From Camelus dromedarius (Eukaryota): a stretch of DNA of 64,000 bases. The stretch's first letter is position 1; each line of letters starts with the position of its first letter. Shown one piece after another: positions 33,812 to 45,790 of this stretch. The notes below the pieces were generated by a model, which was not told the DNA's origin, ran no database searches, and saw only the letters and a program-made list of their open reading frames with translations. The stretch is from assembly GCF_036321535.1 (NCBI RefSeq), contig NC_087438.1, positions 1,614,001 through 1,678,000 of the forward strand, written 5' to 3'. The position numbers were made by a program, and so were the translations under genes.

Positions 33812-34210
33812 TAAGTGCAGTCAGACCGAGAAAGACAAATACCGCAGAACGTCACTTACATGTGCCATCTAAACAAATGACACAATGAACTTGTCTACAA
33901 GGCAGAGGCAGACCACAGACACAGAAGACGAACATCTGGTCACCAGAGGGGACAGGCGGGGAGCGGGGGATACATTAGGAGTTTGGGATCAACGGGTACT
34001 CACCGCTGTGTGTAAAGCAGATAACAAGGACCTGCTCCTGCAGAGCACGGGGAACCGTGACAACCTGTAATGGGGAAGAGGCTGGAAAAGAGTGCGTGTG
34101 TGCGTGACTGAGTTGCCGCGCTGCACGCCTGCACCTGGCACGGCGCTGCAGGGCGACCGCACTTCCACAAGAACAAATAAAATAAAATCATAAAATAAAA
34201 CGAGATAAAA
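33812..34210 (+). mobile_element. Artiodactyl-type L1 3' end, strongly GC-shifted
   Basis: gtcagaccgagaaagacaaatacc...tcacttacatgtg...aatgacacaatgaactt...taggagtttgggat...aacaaggacct and (aataa)n tail. Confidence 0.88.
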
Positions 34211-37200
34211 GCTTGTGCTGCCGCTTCCAGGTGGGCGCCTTCGGACAGGGAGCTACCGTGCGCCTGGCCGTTCCCGTCAGGCAGGCAGCCCGCGGGGGCC
34301 TGGGCTTCTCCCGTCAGCTGAGGTGGACTCGCTCCTTCTCCAGCCGTGAGCGCAGCACTGAAGCAACAGGAAGCTGATTCCTCTCCACCCCCACCCCGCC
34401 CAGCCGGTGGGCGTGGACGGGGACGTGTCCTGGGTGGGCCACGGCTGCAGGATGTGACAGGACCGGACCTGGGGTGCCACAGGGTGTGATCCGGCGAGGA
34501 CGCCCCTCCCTGCGCCGGGCGCCTGGACCCGGGCTTTTGAGAACAGGGGCCAATCAGGAGCAGCAGCAGTCGGGCTGGAAGGACCCGGGCGCTGGTCAGA
34601 TGCCACAGATCCTCACGGGGTCCTGGGCCAAAGCCACCCCGAGGTCCCGCAGGCTTGAGGTGACACTCATTCCTCCAAGTGACCCTGTCCGTGCACTGAC
34701 GCGAGCTGCCCAGGGAACTTGAGAAGGTGCTGGTGGAGGGCGATGACTGTCCCTCAGAGGTGCTGCAGGGCCCGGGAGGAGCTGTCCCTCGTCACCGCTT
34801 GGACTGAGTGCCCCTGTTCTGGTGGCTTCAGAAGTCCAGTGGCCTAATTCAGATGAACGTTTTCACGCCGTAGGTGCGGTCGCACGGGCCACTCATCCGT
34901 TTGCATCTCCACGTGCAGCGAGTCTGGGTAAACTGTGAAGTTTAGTGCAGGAGACTCAGCCCAGCATTGGGTAGACTTGGCTTTAAAGACCATTGCGCAC
35001 CAGGGATACTGGTGTTAAATTCCCATGCGGCCGTGCAGGACACTGACTAACTCTCCCGTCGCAGTTTGTAAGTGGACAGGAGGCCTCCTTTCATGGTAAG
35101 CAATCAGTGTCCCACGACAGAACCCTCTCAAGACGTCCTCGCTCACATGATCCCAGCTCGCATGAAGCAAAGAGGTGGCTGTCCCATACACCCACCTCAA
35201 ATTTAAATTGACTGCTTTGTTCAGCACTAAGTAAAATGCAGCTTTGTCAACTATCACCTCGTCCTCCCGCCCAGGGAGACCCGGCTGATTGCTTCTTAAA
35301 GCCACGGATACACAAAGTAAAAATCTATAGCTACATTAGTTGCAGGTTACCGGTCAATACGTGTTCATTACGTAGTGTGTGCGTTCTGTTCAGACTACAG
35401 TGTCATTTGTTTTCTATTTTTATTAGCTTTGATCACACAACAAGGCCTTTTTTTACCTGAAACAGTGAATCTGCGTCAATACAAGTGCACCTCTGCCTCA
35501 CGAGAGGCGGTCCGTCTTTGTCAGTGCGGGCAGCGTCCCGCGCGCCAGCCCCTCCCCTCCCAGCGCTCCGTCTCCATCGCAGGGACAGTCTCAGCAGAAG
35601 CAGAAACACTGAGCGTCAAGGAGGAGAATACATGAGCCAGTTGATGGCAAATCCAGTGAAGACGGGGCTCGACCGCTAGACGTTGCCCACGGAGCTGCGG
35701 GCCCCTCAGGCCTCCCCTGCACAGCTCACTCCGCCCCGGGGTGGCACCGCGGACCGCTGGTCCCGCACGCTTCCTCTGAGGGTTCCCCAACCCACAGCCA
35801 GGCCTGGGGAGCACGGGCACTCTCCAGCCCAGGATCCAGTGTGACATCTCTCGGGAGCTCCCAGGCCTGTGAACGGGGACCACGGCTCCCCCTGCGACTC
35901 GAGACTCAGACGAGCCGGGGCAGGAAACAGTCAGGCACGCGGACTCGCCGTCGGTTTGCATCTGTTCCCTGCTTTGCCCCCCCGTCCCCGCAGCTCTGTT
36001 GAGCTGACCTCGATTTTGTTTTTAAGATGAGATACTGTCACTTTGTTGTAGTCTTGTATTTAAAAAAAGAGAGCCTTTGTTTGTTTGTTTGTTCTTAAGG
36101 AAAAACCCTCCCCCTACTGTAACGCTTGTAAACCACACGGAAGAAACGGCCATTTGATTCTGGAACCCTGTCAAAATGACGGACCGGTCACGACACGTGC
36201 TGGGCGACATGGGGCTTCAGCACGCTCGCTGGCGGCAGCGGTCTGTCTCTCACTTGTTCAAGAAGCACGTAAGGTTGTTTTTGTTTCTGTTGTTGATTTA
36301 GAGCAAGTTCTTGGTGTTCTTTGGGGGAAAAAACACTTAACATTGTACTCGTTAGGGAGCCTGTTAGAGCTCACGCAAAGCCAGGCTGAAGGAGCAAACG
36401 CTTGCTGTGTTGCGTCACAAGCGGGCACATTGAGGGGTCCTCCCGGGTTCCCCACGAGGAGCTCCAGCACCACCTGGAATTCAGAAAACACCTTCCGAAA
36501 CCGAGTGCCCCCAAAGCCAAGCCCCTCTGCCACGTCTGCTCAGCCTCTGTCTCCAGCGCTCTCCTGTCGCACCGTGCTCCCCTGAGCGCTGACGAGTGTC
36601 AAAGACGAGGGGGCCTGAAAGCGGCCAGGGCCCTGAGGGACCTCCCTGCGTCGGGCCCTCCTCGTGTTCCAAAAAGCAGACTCTGCAGTAAGTGACCGGG
36701 ACCCCAGAGCCCGGGACGCCCAGCTCCTCCGGAGGGGACACACGCAACCACCTGAGGCGCCTCTTTGAGTGGCTCTGCTGAAACCAAGACCCCCGCCCGG
36801 CGTGTGGTGGCTGCACGCTGACCACGGCAGCTGGACCCCGGACTGCCTGGACCCAGAAGGCTGGTGATGCTGCGTCCAGAAACAGCACCCTGTGACCTCA
36901 GCACCGTCCAGTCAGAGGCCGCCAGGAGCTGATCACACACCTGCACCCCCACCCCTCATGTTGCCTTCAAAGCCCGTCCCTGAGGCCACGGGGAGTCCGA
37001 GCCTTTGGAGCATGAGCTGCCCGTGCTCCTCGCTCGGCCCTGTAGTCAACACTGTGCTTCCCTTCGCCACCACCTGGGGGCAGCAGATCAGCTTTGCTGG
37101 GTGTCGGGCGAGTGGACTCGCGTTTGGTTTGGTCACGTTTCCCCACTAGTGCACGAAGTGCTCCCCCGTGGATGAAGTGAGCCCCGAGCCCACACACAGG

Positions 37201-37679
37201 GGCTCAGCCCTCCCTCACGGATGTACTGGGCATCTCACCTCCACTTGCCGGGACACTTCTCGTCTCTCTCACCTTTGAAAATTCTGCACTGTCAGTCTGT
37301 TTCCTCCTCCCTCGTCCATGACATCCTCTCAGTATCTTAGAGGAAAACACGACCCTGGTGATCCCTGCTCACTGGGACAGGCGGTGGTGCTCCACTCACA
37401 TGCTCACCCGGCGAGAGGTGAGGGCTGAGGCCCCAGCAGGCGGTGAGGCCCCGGGCGGCCGGGTCCAAGCAGCAGCCGGGCTCACTCACGCCGAGGGCGG
37501 CTGTCTGGCCGCAGTGCTTGCTATCCCCTTCATGTTTTCTTCCGACGTTAGTTTACAAGACAGTCTGGAAACTCCAGGAAAAGGAGAAGGAGACCCCTGT
37601 TTTAAAGTAACCTCCCTGACCTGGAAGTTCTGATCAGCTCCGATCTGGAGCTGCAGGATGAGTGCACAGGAGGAGGCGC

Positions 37680-37860
37680 GGCCGTCATTAGCGTGAGTGC
37701 CCTGGGCACGTGGCTAACGTCAGCAGGAGGGGCGTCCTGGAAACCAGCAGCAGCCAGATGGGGCTACTGCGCCGGGTGTGAAACGCGCTCATCTGCCATC
37801 GCGGGGCGAGCGCGGCCATTAGCACAGACGGCCTTCCCGGGGCTGGAGTCCTAATGGGCC
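37680..37860. promoter_or_regulatory. Candidate enhancer: E-box plus homeodomain motif cluster
   Basis: CATTAG 37686 and 37817, CTAATG 37851, CAGATG 37755, CATCTG 37790, CACGTG 37707. Confidence 0.35.
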
Positions 37861-38771
37861 TCAGGCAGCACGCAGCCTCATTCAGCCGCTCTCCGAAAGT
37901 GACGCTCCGATTCTACATCAGCACACCCTTGGGTCTGGGGAAACACAGTTTTAATTTTTAGAAAGAAAAAATAAATAAATGTTCAAAAATTCAAAATGCT
38001 CCATGAAGCGTCTCACACTCCGTGATCTCATGGAGGTGACACTTTATAACCCTAGTGACCCCAAAGCGACCCTTTGGAACCAGAGCGATGTCCTATAAAG
38101 ATGCAGGCAGGGCTGGGGAGAAAACAGAAGAGAAGCAGGGAAGCTGGGGGAAGTGGCCACCTTCAGGTGCATCTTTCTCTGCCCCCGGGGGGAAACGGGA
38201 GCAGTCAGTGTGCTTGGAGGACCAAGCCCACCCCCAGAAGACCCCAGGCCCTCCCCTTCCTCCGGGCTGCAGGCTGCGACTTCTTCCCCGGGACGCCGGA
38301 GCCGGAGCTGACGCCGCCGCCAGCTGCTCGAACCTGCCCAGGGAGGCGGGTACCATCTCCCAGGTAACCTCCGTCAAACGGCCCTGGAGGGTCAGCGCTA
38401 TCCCTGACCTCACAGGAAATCCGAGCCTCGGGCTGTCCTGGTCGGAAGCCCCTGCGGGTGCTGGCCTTGCCCTGAGGATTCACACACAGACCCTCACAAA
38501 CCTCACCCCACCGGTCACCTTCTTAATTCACAGGGTGTGATTCAAGGCCTCAGTGAGGTCCAGCTGTCAGCCCAGAGTCCAGGGTGCTGGGGACCCCGAG
38601 CTGCAGAGTAGGATTTAGGGGTGCTGGAGGGTCCACCCAGTCCTGGGAACCTTGCCCACCTCCTCACCCTCAACCATCTGGCTCCCCCTCCAGGGCTGAG
38701 AAACCCCTCATTTGAGTGGGTGTCCGCTCCTCAGTGCTGGCCCCCTATGGCCTGCACCCGTGACACAACAC

Positions 38772-38853
38772 CCTCCACCCCCATGGCCTCCCTCCCCAAT
38801 GGCCTCCATCCCCCATGGCCTCCACCCCCACAGCCTCCATCCCCCATGGCCTC
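38772..38853. repeat. 15-16-bp tandem repeat (cctcca(t)cccccatgg) x5
   Basis: Directly visible; minus strand has repeated G4-5 runs. Confidence 0.88.
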
Positions 38854-40739
38854 TGTGCCCCAGTGTCAAACACCAGCCCTGGCCTCCGAGCCCACCGGCC
38901 CCTTCCCGTGGTGCATCCCGCACGTCCCCCAGATCGTGGCCGACACAGGGGCCGGCAGCGTGGGCCTCTGGCTGCTGTGCCGGTCCTGCTGCAGGGGATG
39001 ACGCAGGACACACGGGCTGTCTTCCACGGCCGCCCTCAGCAAAGGCTCGTTTACTGTTAATAATGACACCTTTGATTAGAGGCCACGCTTTCTGCGCACG
39101 GGCTCCGCTCGCAGCGGACCGAGCGGCTGTCAGGCACTGCTGCTTGCGCTGGAGGGTGGGGGCGTCGAGCAGAGCAGGTTAGCGGATGGGCTTTGCAGGC
39201 CTTTCCCGTCAAGGCACACGGAGCCCCACAGAGCACAGCACCCGCAAGCCCACCGCCAGGGGCTGCAGAGCCCTCGTCCCAGAGAAACCCCAGGGGATGG
39301 AAAACGTTGTGGTGGAGTTCACCTTTGTCAGGATTTTTTCACGGTTTGGCTGGTCTTGCTCACCCCGCGTCCCCATGTGATCCAACCACAGTGACCCCTG
39401 TTTACCGCAAGGACCTGCTGGCAGGACGCAGCCAGGGTGATACTCTCTGCTCTCCGTCCCTTGCAGTGAGTGGACTCAGAGGGCCAGCACTGTGGGACAA
39501 GGGACAAGGCCGTGTGTGAGGACACACATCATACAGGGCAGTGTCACCTGCAGGCAGGAGCCAGGTGGGAGGTGCCCAGTCCAGGCTGGCCTCCTGCACA
39601 TCGGGGCTGCAGCTACAGTTTCTCAGCCCCCTCGCTGCTCACCCCAGCTGCCCCATCTGCCCCACACCTTTTCCAAGTGAGACGACCGTCCCCAGGGGAC
39701 ACTTGACAGCAGGACAGCAATTCGCCCAGACATTGCCCTCTCCCCGATCGTTTCATGACCACTGTCCACCCCCAGCCCTGGTTCCGTTGCTCCAGGTGAC
39801 CAGGCGAGGAGGGCCCGGCATGTGTGCTGCATGACAGCGGACAGGAAGCTGGTCTCTGAGCACCTGCGTCTCAGCCTACACTGTGTCCCGTGCACCGTGC
39901 ACCATGCAGCGTGCTAGGGCTGGACAGGAGCTGCCCTGGCAGTTCCTGCCGTCTCTGCAGAGCATGGACCTCACCTGCACATGTGTAGTGACCCCAGCCC
40001 TTCCTCTGCCCTGGGGGTGCAGCGCTGAGAGCACCCCACAGCCCTGGAGGGGCCCAGAGCCAGCGGCACATGCACCATCGCTTTTCTGAGGAGCCCGTGG
40101 GACCTGGACGTCCCAGGTGTCAGACGTAAAGGAGGGCCAGGGCTCCTCGGTTCTGTGTGTAGGTCTGAGGGAGCATCTCAGTGACCCTCAGGGTCCCCGC
40201 CCATGGTCCGGGGCCCAGAACTGGCCTGGACCCGGAGCTCACCCAGAAGGCGGGGGAGGGCCGTGTCTCTTCGTCATTTAACCTGCGTCGTGATTGAGGA
40301 CAGACTTCACCACACAGCGGTTTGGTTACCGCTGGGCGCGTGCATTTTCCCCTTAGATGTAAGCTTTCAGCTGGCCGTGCGCTGTGAGTACCTGATGTAG
40401 ATCTAGTCTTGACAGTCAGTTCGAAGGGTCTAAATCGACCAGGACCTCTCATTTGAAATATTCCTTTAACTTCTGATAAACTAAACTTCCTGAACTACTA
40501 AACCCCAACAGTGCAACTTCTTGAGATAAAATTAAGGAAAATAATTTCCAAATTCTCCCATTTCCAAAAGCCATCCTGTCACTGACCTTGAGGGCTCCAA
40601 TGTAAGCAGAGCGGCGTCCCTGTGGGGTCCCCAAGCTGGTGAGGCCCTTGTCACAGCCAGCACTCACCCCCACCCTCCTGTCTGGGAGGACAGCGGCCTT
40701 CGTCTCCGGAAGGACGGTAAGGGTCACCCTCGTGTCCGG

Positions 40740-41490
40740 GAGGACAGTGAGCTGCCCAGGTCCGGCCTCGGAGGGGAGCGGGCCCGCGCAGACGCCGCCT
40801 GCCCCGGGCGCCGGCTAGTTCCCAGGGCGAGCGCGCTGTGATTGATGACCGGCGGCGAGAGGCCCCCCTGTCGCCGCCTCCTGGGGCCTCCGAGACTCTG
40901 TGCCCGTCCCCTCCCCTCCCCGGCCCAGGAGTCTCCGAGCTCAGGTCAAAGCAAAGGCAGCTCGGCCGCGCACAGGGCGCGAGGGCTGACCGCTGGGAGA
41001 ACCGTCAGCCGCGCCGTGTGATGATCAACTGAGCAGTAAATTAATTAATCATCATTTTACGCCTCATCAAGCGCTTTGCTGAAACTCTCAGCAGGGGCCT
41101 CCCGATGAGCCAATGGGAGGCAGACTGTTTTGTTTAGCTGGGTGAGGCTTCCATAAACAGGGGAGGTTTTGACAAGCTAATAAATATGTCATTCGTCTCT
41201 GCCACTGGCAGCAGCCGGCCCCACCTGCAAAGTGGCGGGGTTCTGCCCGGCCTGGTGGGCAGTGAGTGATGGCAGAGACGTGCCGGGGAGGTGGCAATCC
41301 GGAGGCATGGGGAGCGGCGGAAAGCTCCCAGAAGTTCCTTCGAGCTTTGTGGGAAGAACGCCGCCTCCCCACGCAGGTCCCCGCGAGGGGCAGGACGTCC
41401 TGGCACTCGCCTTGCGGCCCAGCCGTGCACCGCGCGGGCCACGGGGGCCTCTCCCCCCGGGTCCCCGATGCAGGCACCAGATGATCGCGT
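40740..41490. promoter_or_regulatory. CpG-rich segment flanking an AT-rich enhancer-like core
   Basis: CpG-dense flanks around 41000-41200 core with ATTAATTAAT, CCAAT, TGTTT/TAAACA (forkhead-like) and TGACA/TGTCA motifs. Confidence 0.4.
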
Positions 41491-43668
41491 CTAAGGGTGC
41501 CTGAGCGAGACCTCGGAAATGGATCTCGTGGTAAAGTGCGCAGTTTCAGGAGTTATGCGACCTGCTGTTGTTCCTCATCAGCTTCAAAATAGATCACAGC
41601 AGCTTCTTGGGGCAAAGTCTCAAGCTAACCTTAGCTCATCCCTACGGAAAAATCCCGATAGAGCAGAACCATGCGTTGTGGGAAGCTAGGTCTTCAAAGC
41701 TAAGGAAGAGCTGGAATTTGGGTGACGACTCGGGTGACCTTACCAAACGCTTTGCTCTGTTTTCTACCCCATACAGCCTTGGTGAGGACTTCGCAGCACG
41801 AAAGAAATCGGCATACCGGAAAGGTGCGAGTGCAAACTGCCCCCAGGTCTCTGATGTGTCAGTGCATTTTAACGAGTCTTTTAAGTGACTTTCAAACGTC
41901 CTCTGATGTAATTCGAAGGTCGCTCGCATCCGATGAGGATACAGTTTCTCAGCTGCAAGCGGTGTGTACCTGGCAGGTCCCGCGGGTCCTCCCACGTCAG
42001 GACAGCAAGGGAGGCCAGGAAGCCACCAAGCCACAATGACTCTCATCCTGTGCACAGCCCCACACCTGCCACGCTGGCTTCCACCAGGTTCAACAGAGCA
42101 TCTTGCAGAGCCGTCACACACCCTCAGCCCCATCTCCTGCCCATACTGTGAATTCTATTTAAGATTCAAAACTAGGAAGGAACCCGAAGGGCGCTGCCCT
42201 GGAGCTCTCGCAGGAGGTCCCTGGGTTCAGATCCTCGGCCCTCGCCCATGGCAGGCGCTGCTCTGTCACCTGCTCCGGGTTCAGTAGAGTCACTGGGACC
42301 TTAGGCACTGCCCTCCCGTGACTGCTGGCTGGGGGTGGGGGAGCTTTCCAACAGGACTCGCTGGGTTCAGAACCTGGACCCAGGCTTACGTCACAAATGG
42401 CCACCGTCGGCAGAGGGCCAGAGCAGGTGGCCTTGGCTCCGCTGTCCCCTGGTCGCCGTCCATTCTGATTCTCGCACGGTGCCCACATTCACGATGACAT
42501 AAGGCGGACCAGCGTGAGCCGCACCATCTCTCGTCCCAGCTCCAAATCACCGTCATTTCAAGGCGATGGCGCCGCTTTCCTCGGAAAGATGACGAGACAG
42601 GAGGTCTGGGAACATGCCTCGGTTTCCGCAGAGCTGCGTTCACCCCACCACGTCCCACGTGGCGCGCACACTGTTCTTTGTGACCTGATGGTGCAGGCGG
42701 ATCCAGGAGACAGCCTTTAATGCTGGGCGTGAACTGGCTCTGTGCTGCTCGTCACACAGGCCAGTGCTCCCCCTGTGCGTTCTCTGTCACGCTTGTCAGG
42801 ACGAGCTCAAGGTCACTTCTACGATCGGCTCTCAGAGCTGGGGGCAGGGATCACGCCGTCTCCAGCTGCGGGTCACTCCGTCCTCAGGGTCGGATGGCAG
42901 GCGCCAGGCACAGACCGGCATTCGAGGCACCGCTGACCTGTATTAGAGGGAAGACTCCCGGAGGAGTAAAGTGACAAAGATCCAGGACTTCAGAGTTGAT
43001 TTCTCTTTAAATCTTTCTATCTCCCAGTTTCTTATTTTTGAAACTGAGTTCAAGAGAAAGAAAGAGAAAGGGGAAGGGAGGCCAGGAGGGAAGTCAGCCA
43101 AGTTCAAAGGAAGGGACACTCTCTAGGAATGTTTCCATTCTTGCTTTATCTGGCTTCACGGCTTGAAGACATGAGGACCTTCACGCAGGAGGCAGTGACA
43201 TTCCAGAACTGTCTTGTGAGATGTGAATAGAAGTCCTAGGCTGATGGCACCCCTGACGGGACCCCCAGAAGCTCAGGGCATCCTGCCTGGCCTGTCTCAT
43301 TTTGGGGCGGCACAAGGAAATTAGTGCATTGAAGACCAGCAATTTTCTGCAGTGACCAGTTTAACGTGGTCCAGCCCAGTTTCTCAAACGCTCTAACCAT
43401 GGAGGCTGTCACTGAGGAGTGGCCCCGGGAGCCCGGAGGTGGGGGGGCTGCCCTGAGCTCTCACCTCAAACCCCCGCTGGCCCCGCCCCCACTTCCCGAG
43501 GTGCAGGATTCCCTCCTCAGGTGCCCAAGGGCCCCCGAATTCCAGGCCTCCCTTCAGCCACCGTGCACGCTGCCCCTGGAGTCCTAACCTCCCCAGTAGC
43601 ACTTTAAAGGCCTGACCAGTCAAGTGATTCTCATGTTTCTGTATTTTTATTTATTTTTCAGTCTATTT

Positions 43669-43815
43669 CATGCATTCTCGAAGGGGGTGATATTATCCCA
43701 AAGAGGGTAAAAAATTGGTTCCTAGGGGACAAAAAAGCCTTACTCTTTTTAGACACAAAGCACAAATGCACCCATAATACATCAACTGAGACACAGCACA
43801 TCTCCAGCGTTAGGT
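43669..43815 (+). mobile_element. hAT-type DNA transposon remnant (MER96-like)
   Basis: tgcattctcgaagggggtgatattatcccaaagagggtaaaaaattggttcctagggg resembles the MER96 5' end. Confidence 0.6.
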
Positions 43816-44854
43816 TTTACTCAGGCCGTGACCAGGGAAAGAACCCTGCAGACCCGCTGCAGGGGCGGCGGTGAGAAGTCAGGCCGGGAGGCGCTGCCCC
43901 TCTTCGTCCGCCAAATTGTGCACGAAGCGCATCTGACTCTCCTGGTAACTGTAGCCCATATTCTTGTTGTGTGTATGCGCACGCACTCGCACGCAGGCTC
44001 ACACACACCCACACAAGCACACACGCAGTGCTTTTATATTTAGCTGCTACACTGTTTGCTGGAAAAAAGGTAAGAGTGTTGCGGTAACTCCCTCACCTGC
44101 CGGGTCTCCGCTTCCGCTGCATTTAAAACTAATGTTTCTATTCTGCTTTGAGTCGGTTTGATTTCGCTGGTGAGCGTTGGCCCGTGTCTTTATTTTCAAT
44201 TCTCCCTTGTCACTCAATTTTGCAGAACTTCTCACTAACCACAGAGCTGGGCTTTATGTTATGAGCCGACCTGGCGCTCTCGGAGTCTTGACATAGCTGT
44301 TGAGTCTGGTGGCACCACCGTGAGAACTGAGGGGCTGGGCTGCGCGTTTATAAGTTTTTAATTCTAATCCATGATGTTCTTTCCCATGAGGTTTGTGGGT
44401 TTTTTTTTTTTTTTCCTATTTCAAGCATCTTTAGTTTGTGCGTGTATCTACAAACGTCATGGTTATCACCGTGCATCAGGATGCACTTCTACACCCTGCG
44501 AGTGTGACAGCCTGTCATGCTCTCCCCACCTCCATCTCTCCCTGCCTTGAAACTCCTGATTCAGCTGTCATTTGGTGAACCACCTTGTGATTACATTCCT
44601 TACACAGCAAAGACAGTGACATTCTCTCCTCTTGACATCCTCACGTGTTCAGAGTCATTTTCAACTGTCCTGAAAGATGAGCAGCATCTCAGCTGAGGAT
44701 ACAGACTCCTTACTTCCCACTCTCTGCTCTGCGTTCCTCTAGTCCTGCAGAGGAGAAGTCTGGTGCTGCTCCAATGCCTTCCCCTGGAAAAAAGCTGCGC
44801 CTTCTGTCTTGAAATTGCTAGAAACGTTGGGGTTACAATTAAACAGTAACAATT

Positions 44855-45290
44855 AAAATATAAAATCCACCTCCTGTATAATCTAGCATTCTGGTTTGGG
44901 GAAATTTATGATATATAAATGAAAGCATAACTATGAGAAATGCTTCTTTAGAATAGACTCAAGTCTGACCAGCAATGACACACTGACGTTATGAAGTATA
45001 ATGCAGCCTTGGTAAAGGTGGCCAGAAGGTATGTCGTGTGAAAAAGGAGGAATTGTAGAGACAAGCATTCGTATGTGCGTGCTGTGGAGGGAAGACCATT
45101 CCACTGGGGTATCGGTGCTCCACTGAGCTAGGTGGACAGAAGTCCTGGAAAGTGCCCCCAGGTGTTGCTGACGGGGTGGACAGTGGAGGAAGAGAGTCCT
45201 CCCTGACGTGCCTTTGGGTGGTTCCAGTTGTTACAATGGACATGTTTATTGTGTGATTTTAAAAATAAAGTAAACTATATCTAAAAGGAA
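44855..45290 (+). mobile_element. Ancient L1ME-like 3' remnant
   Basis: taatctagcattc...ggaaatttat and ending ttacaatggacatgtttattgtgtgattttaaaaataaa. Confidence 0.4.
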
Positions 45291-45669
45291 ATAAAATTCA
45301 CTTTAACCAAGTGATCTTCCACCTGGAAACTGTCAATGACAGAACTGAATTGGATCATTCAGAACATGTCATGCGAGACCCTCACATCAGGTGTCTAGTC
45401 CCCTCTCCAGACATAGCTCCACCAGCTCTGACCCATGGGTCCCAACCCATGAAAAACTGTCCCCTCTTCTCACTCAAGCATGGCTTAAATCTCTCCTTCT
45501 CCTTAAACTGATTTCAACATGTTGGCTTGATTTCTTCCTCCTTTGTAAACTTTAGAAAATTTTATCTGTGCTCTCTAGGGGGCAATTAATCCCAGACCAC
45601 CCTGTGTCATTGTCTGGTTTAGACAACTATCTCCAGTTTAGACACATATGAATTTTCATACACCAAGCA

Positions 45670-45790
45670 CTTGCGTCCCCAACTGTGTTACAAGTTCATG
45701 AGGGTAAGAACTGTATCTTGGAAATAGCGGACTTATAACAGTGCGTCACAGACAATGGAAGTCAACACACAAACCGATCGATAGTGATGG
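45670..45790 (+). mobile_element. L2 LINE 3' end remnant
   Basis: aagttcatgagggtaagaactgtatctt...taacagtgc matches the L2 3' terminal pattern. Confidence 0.55.
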
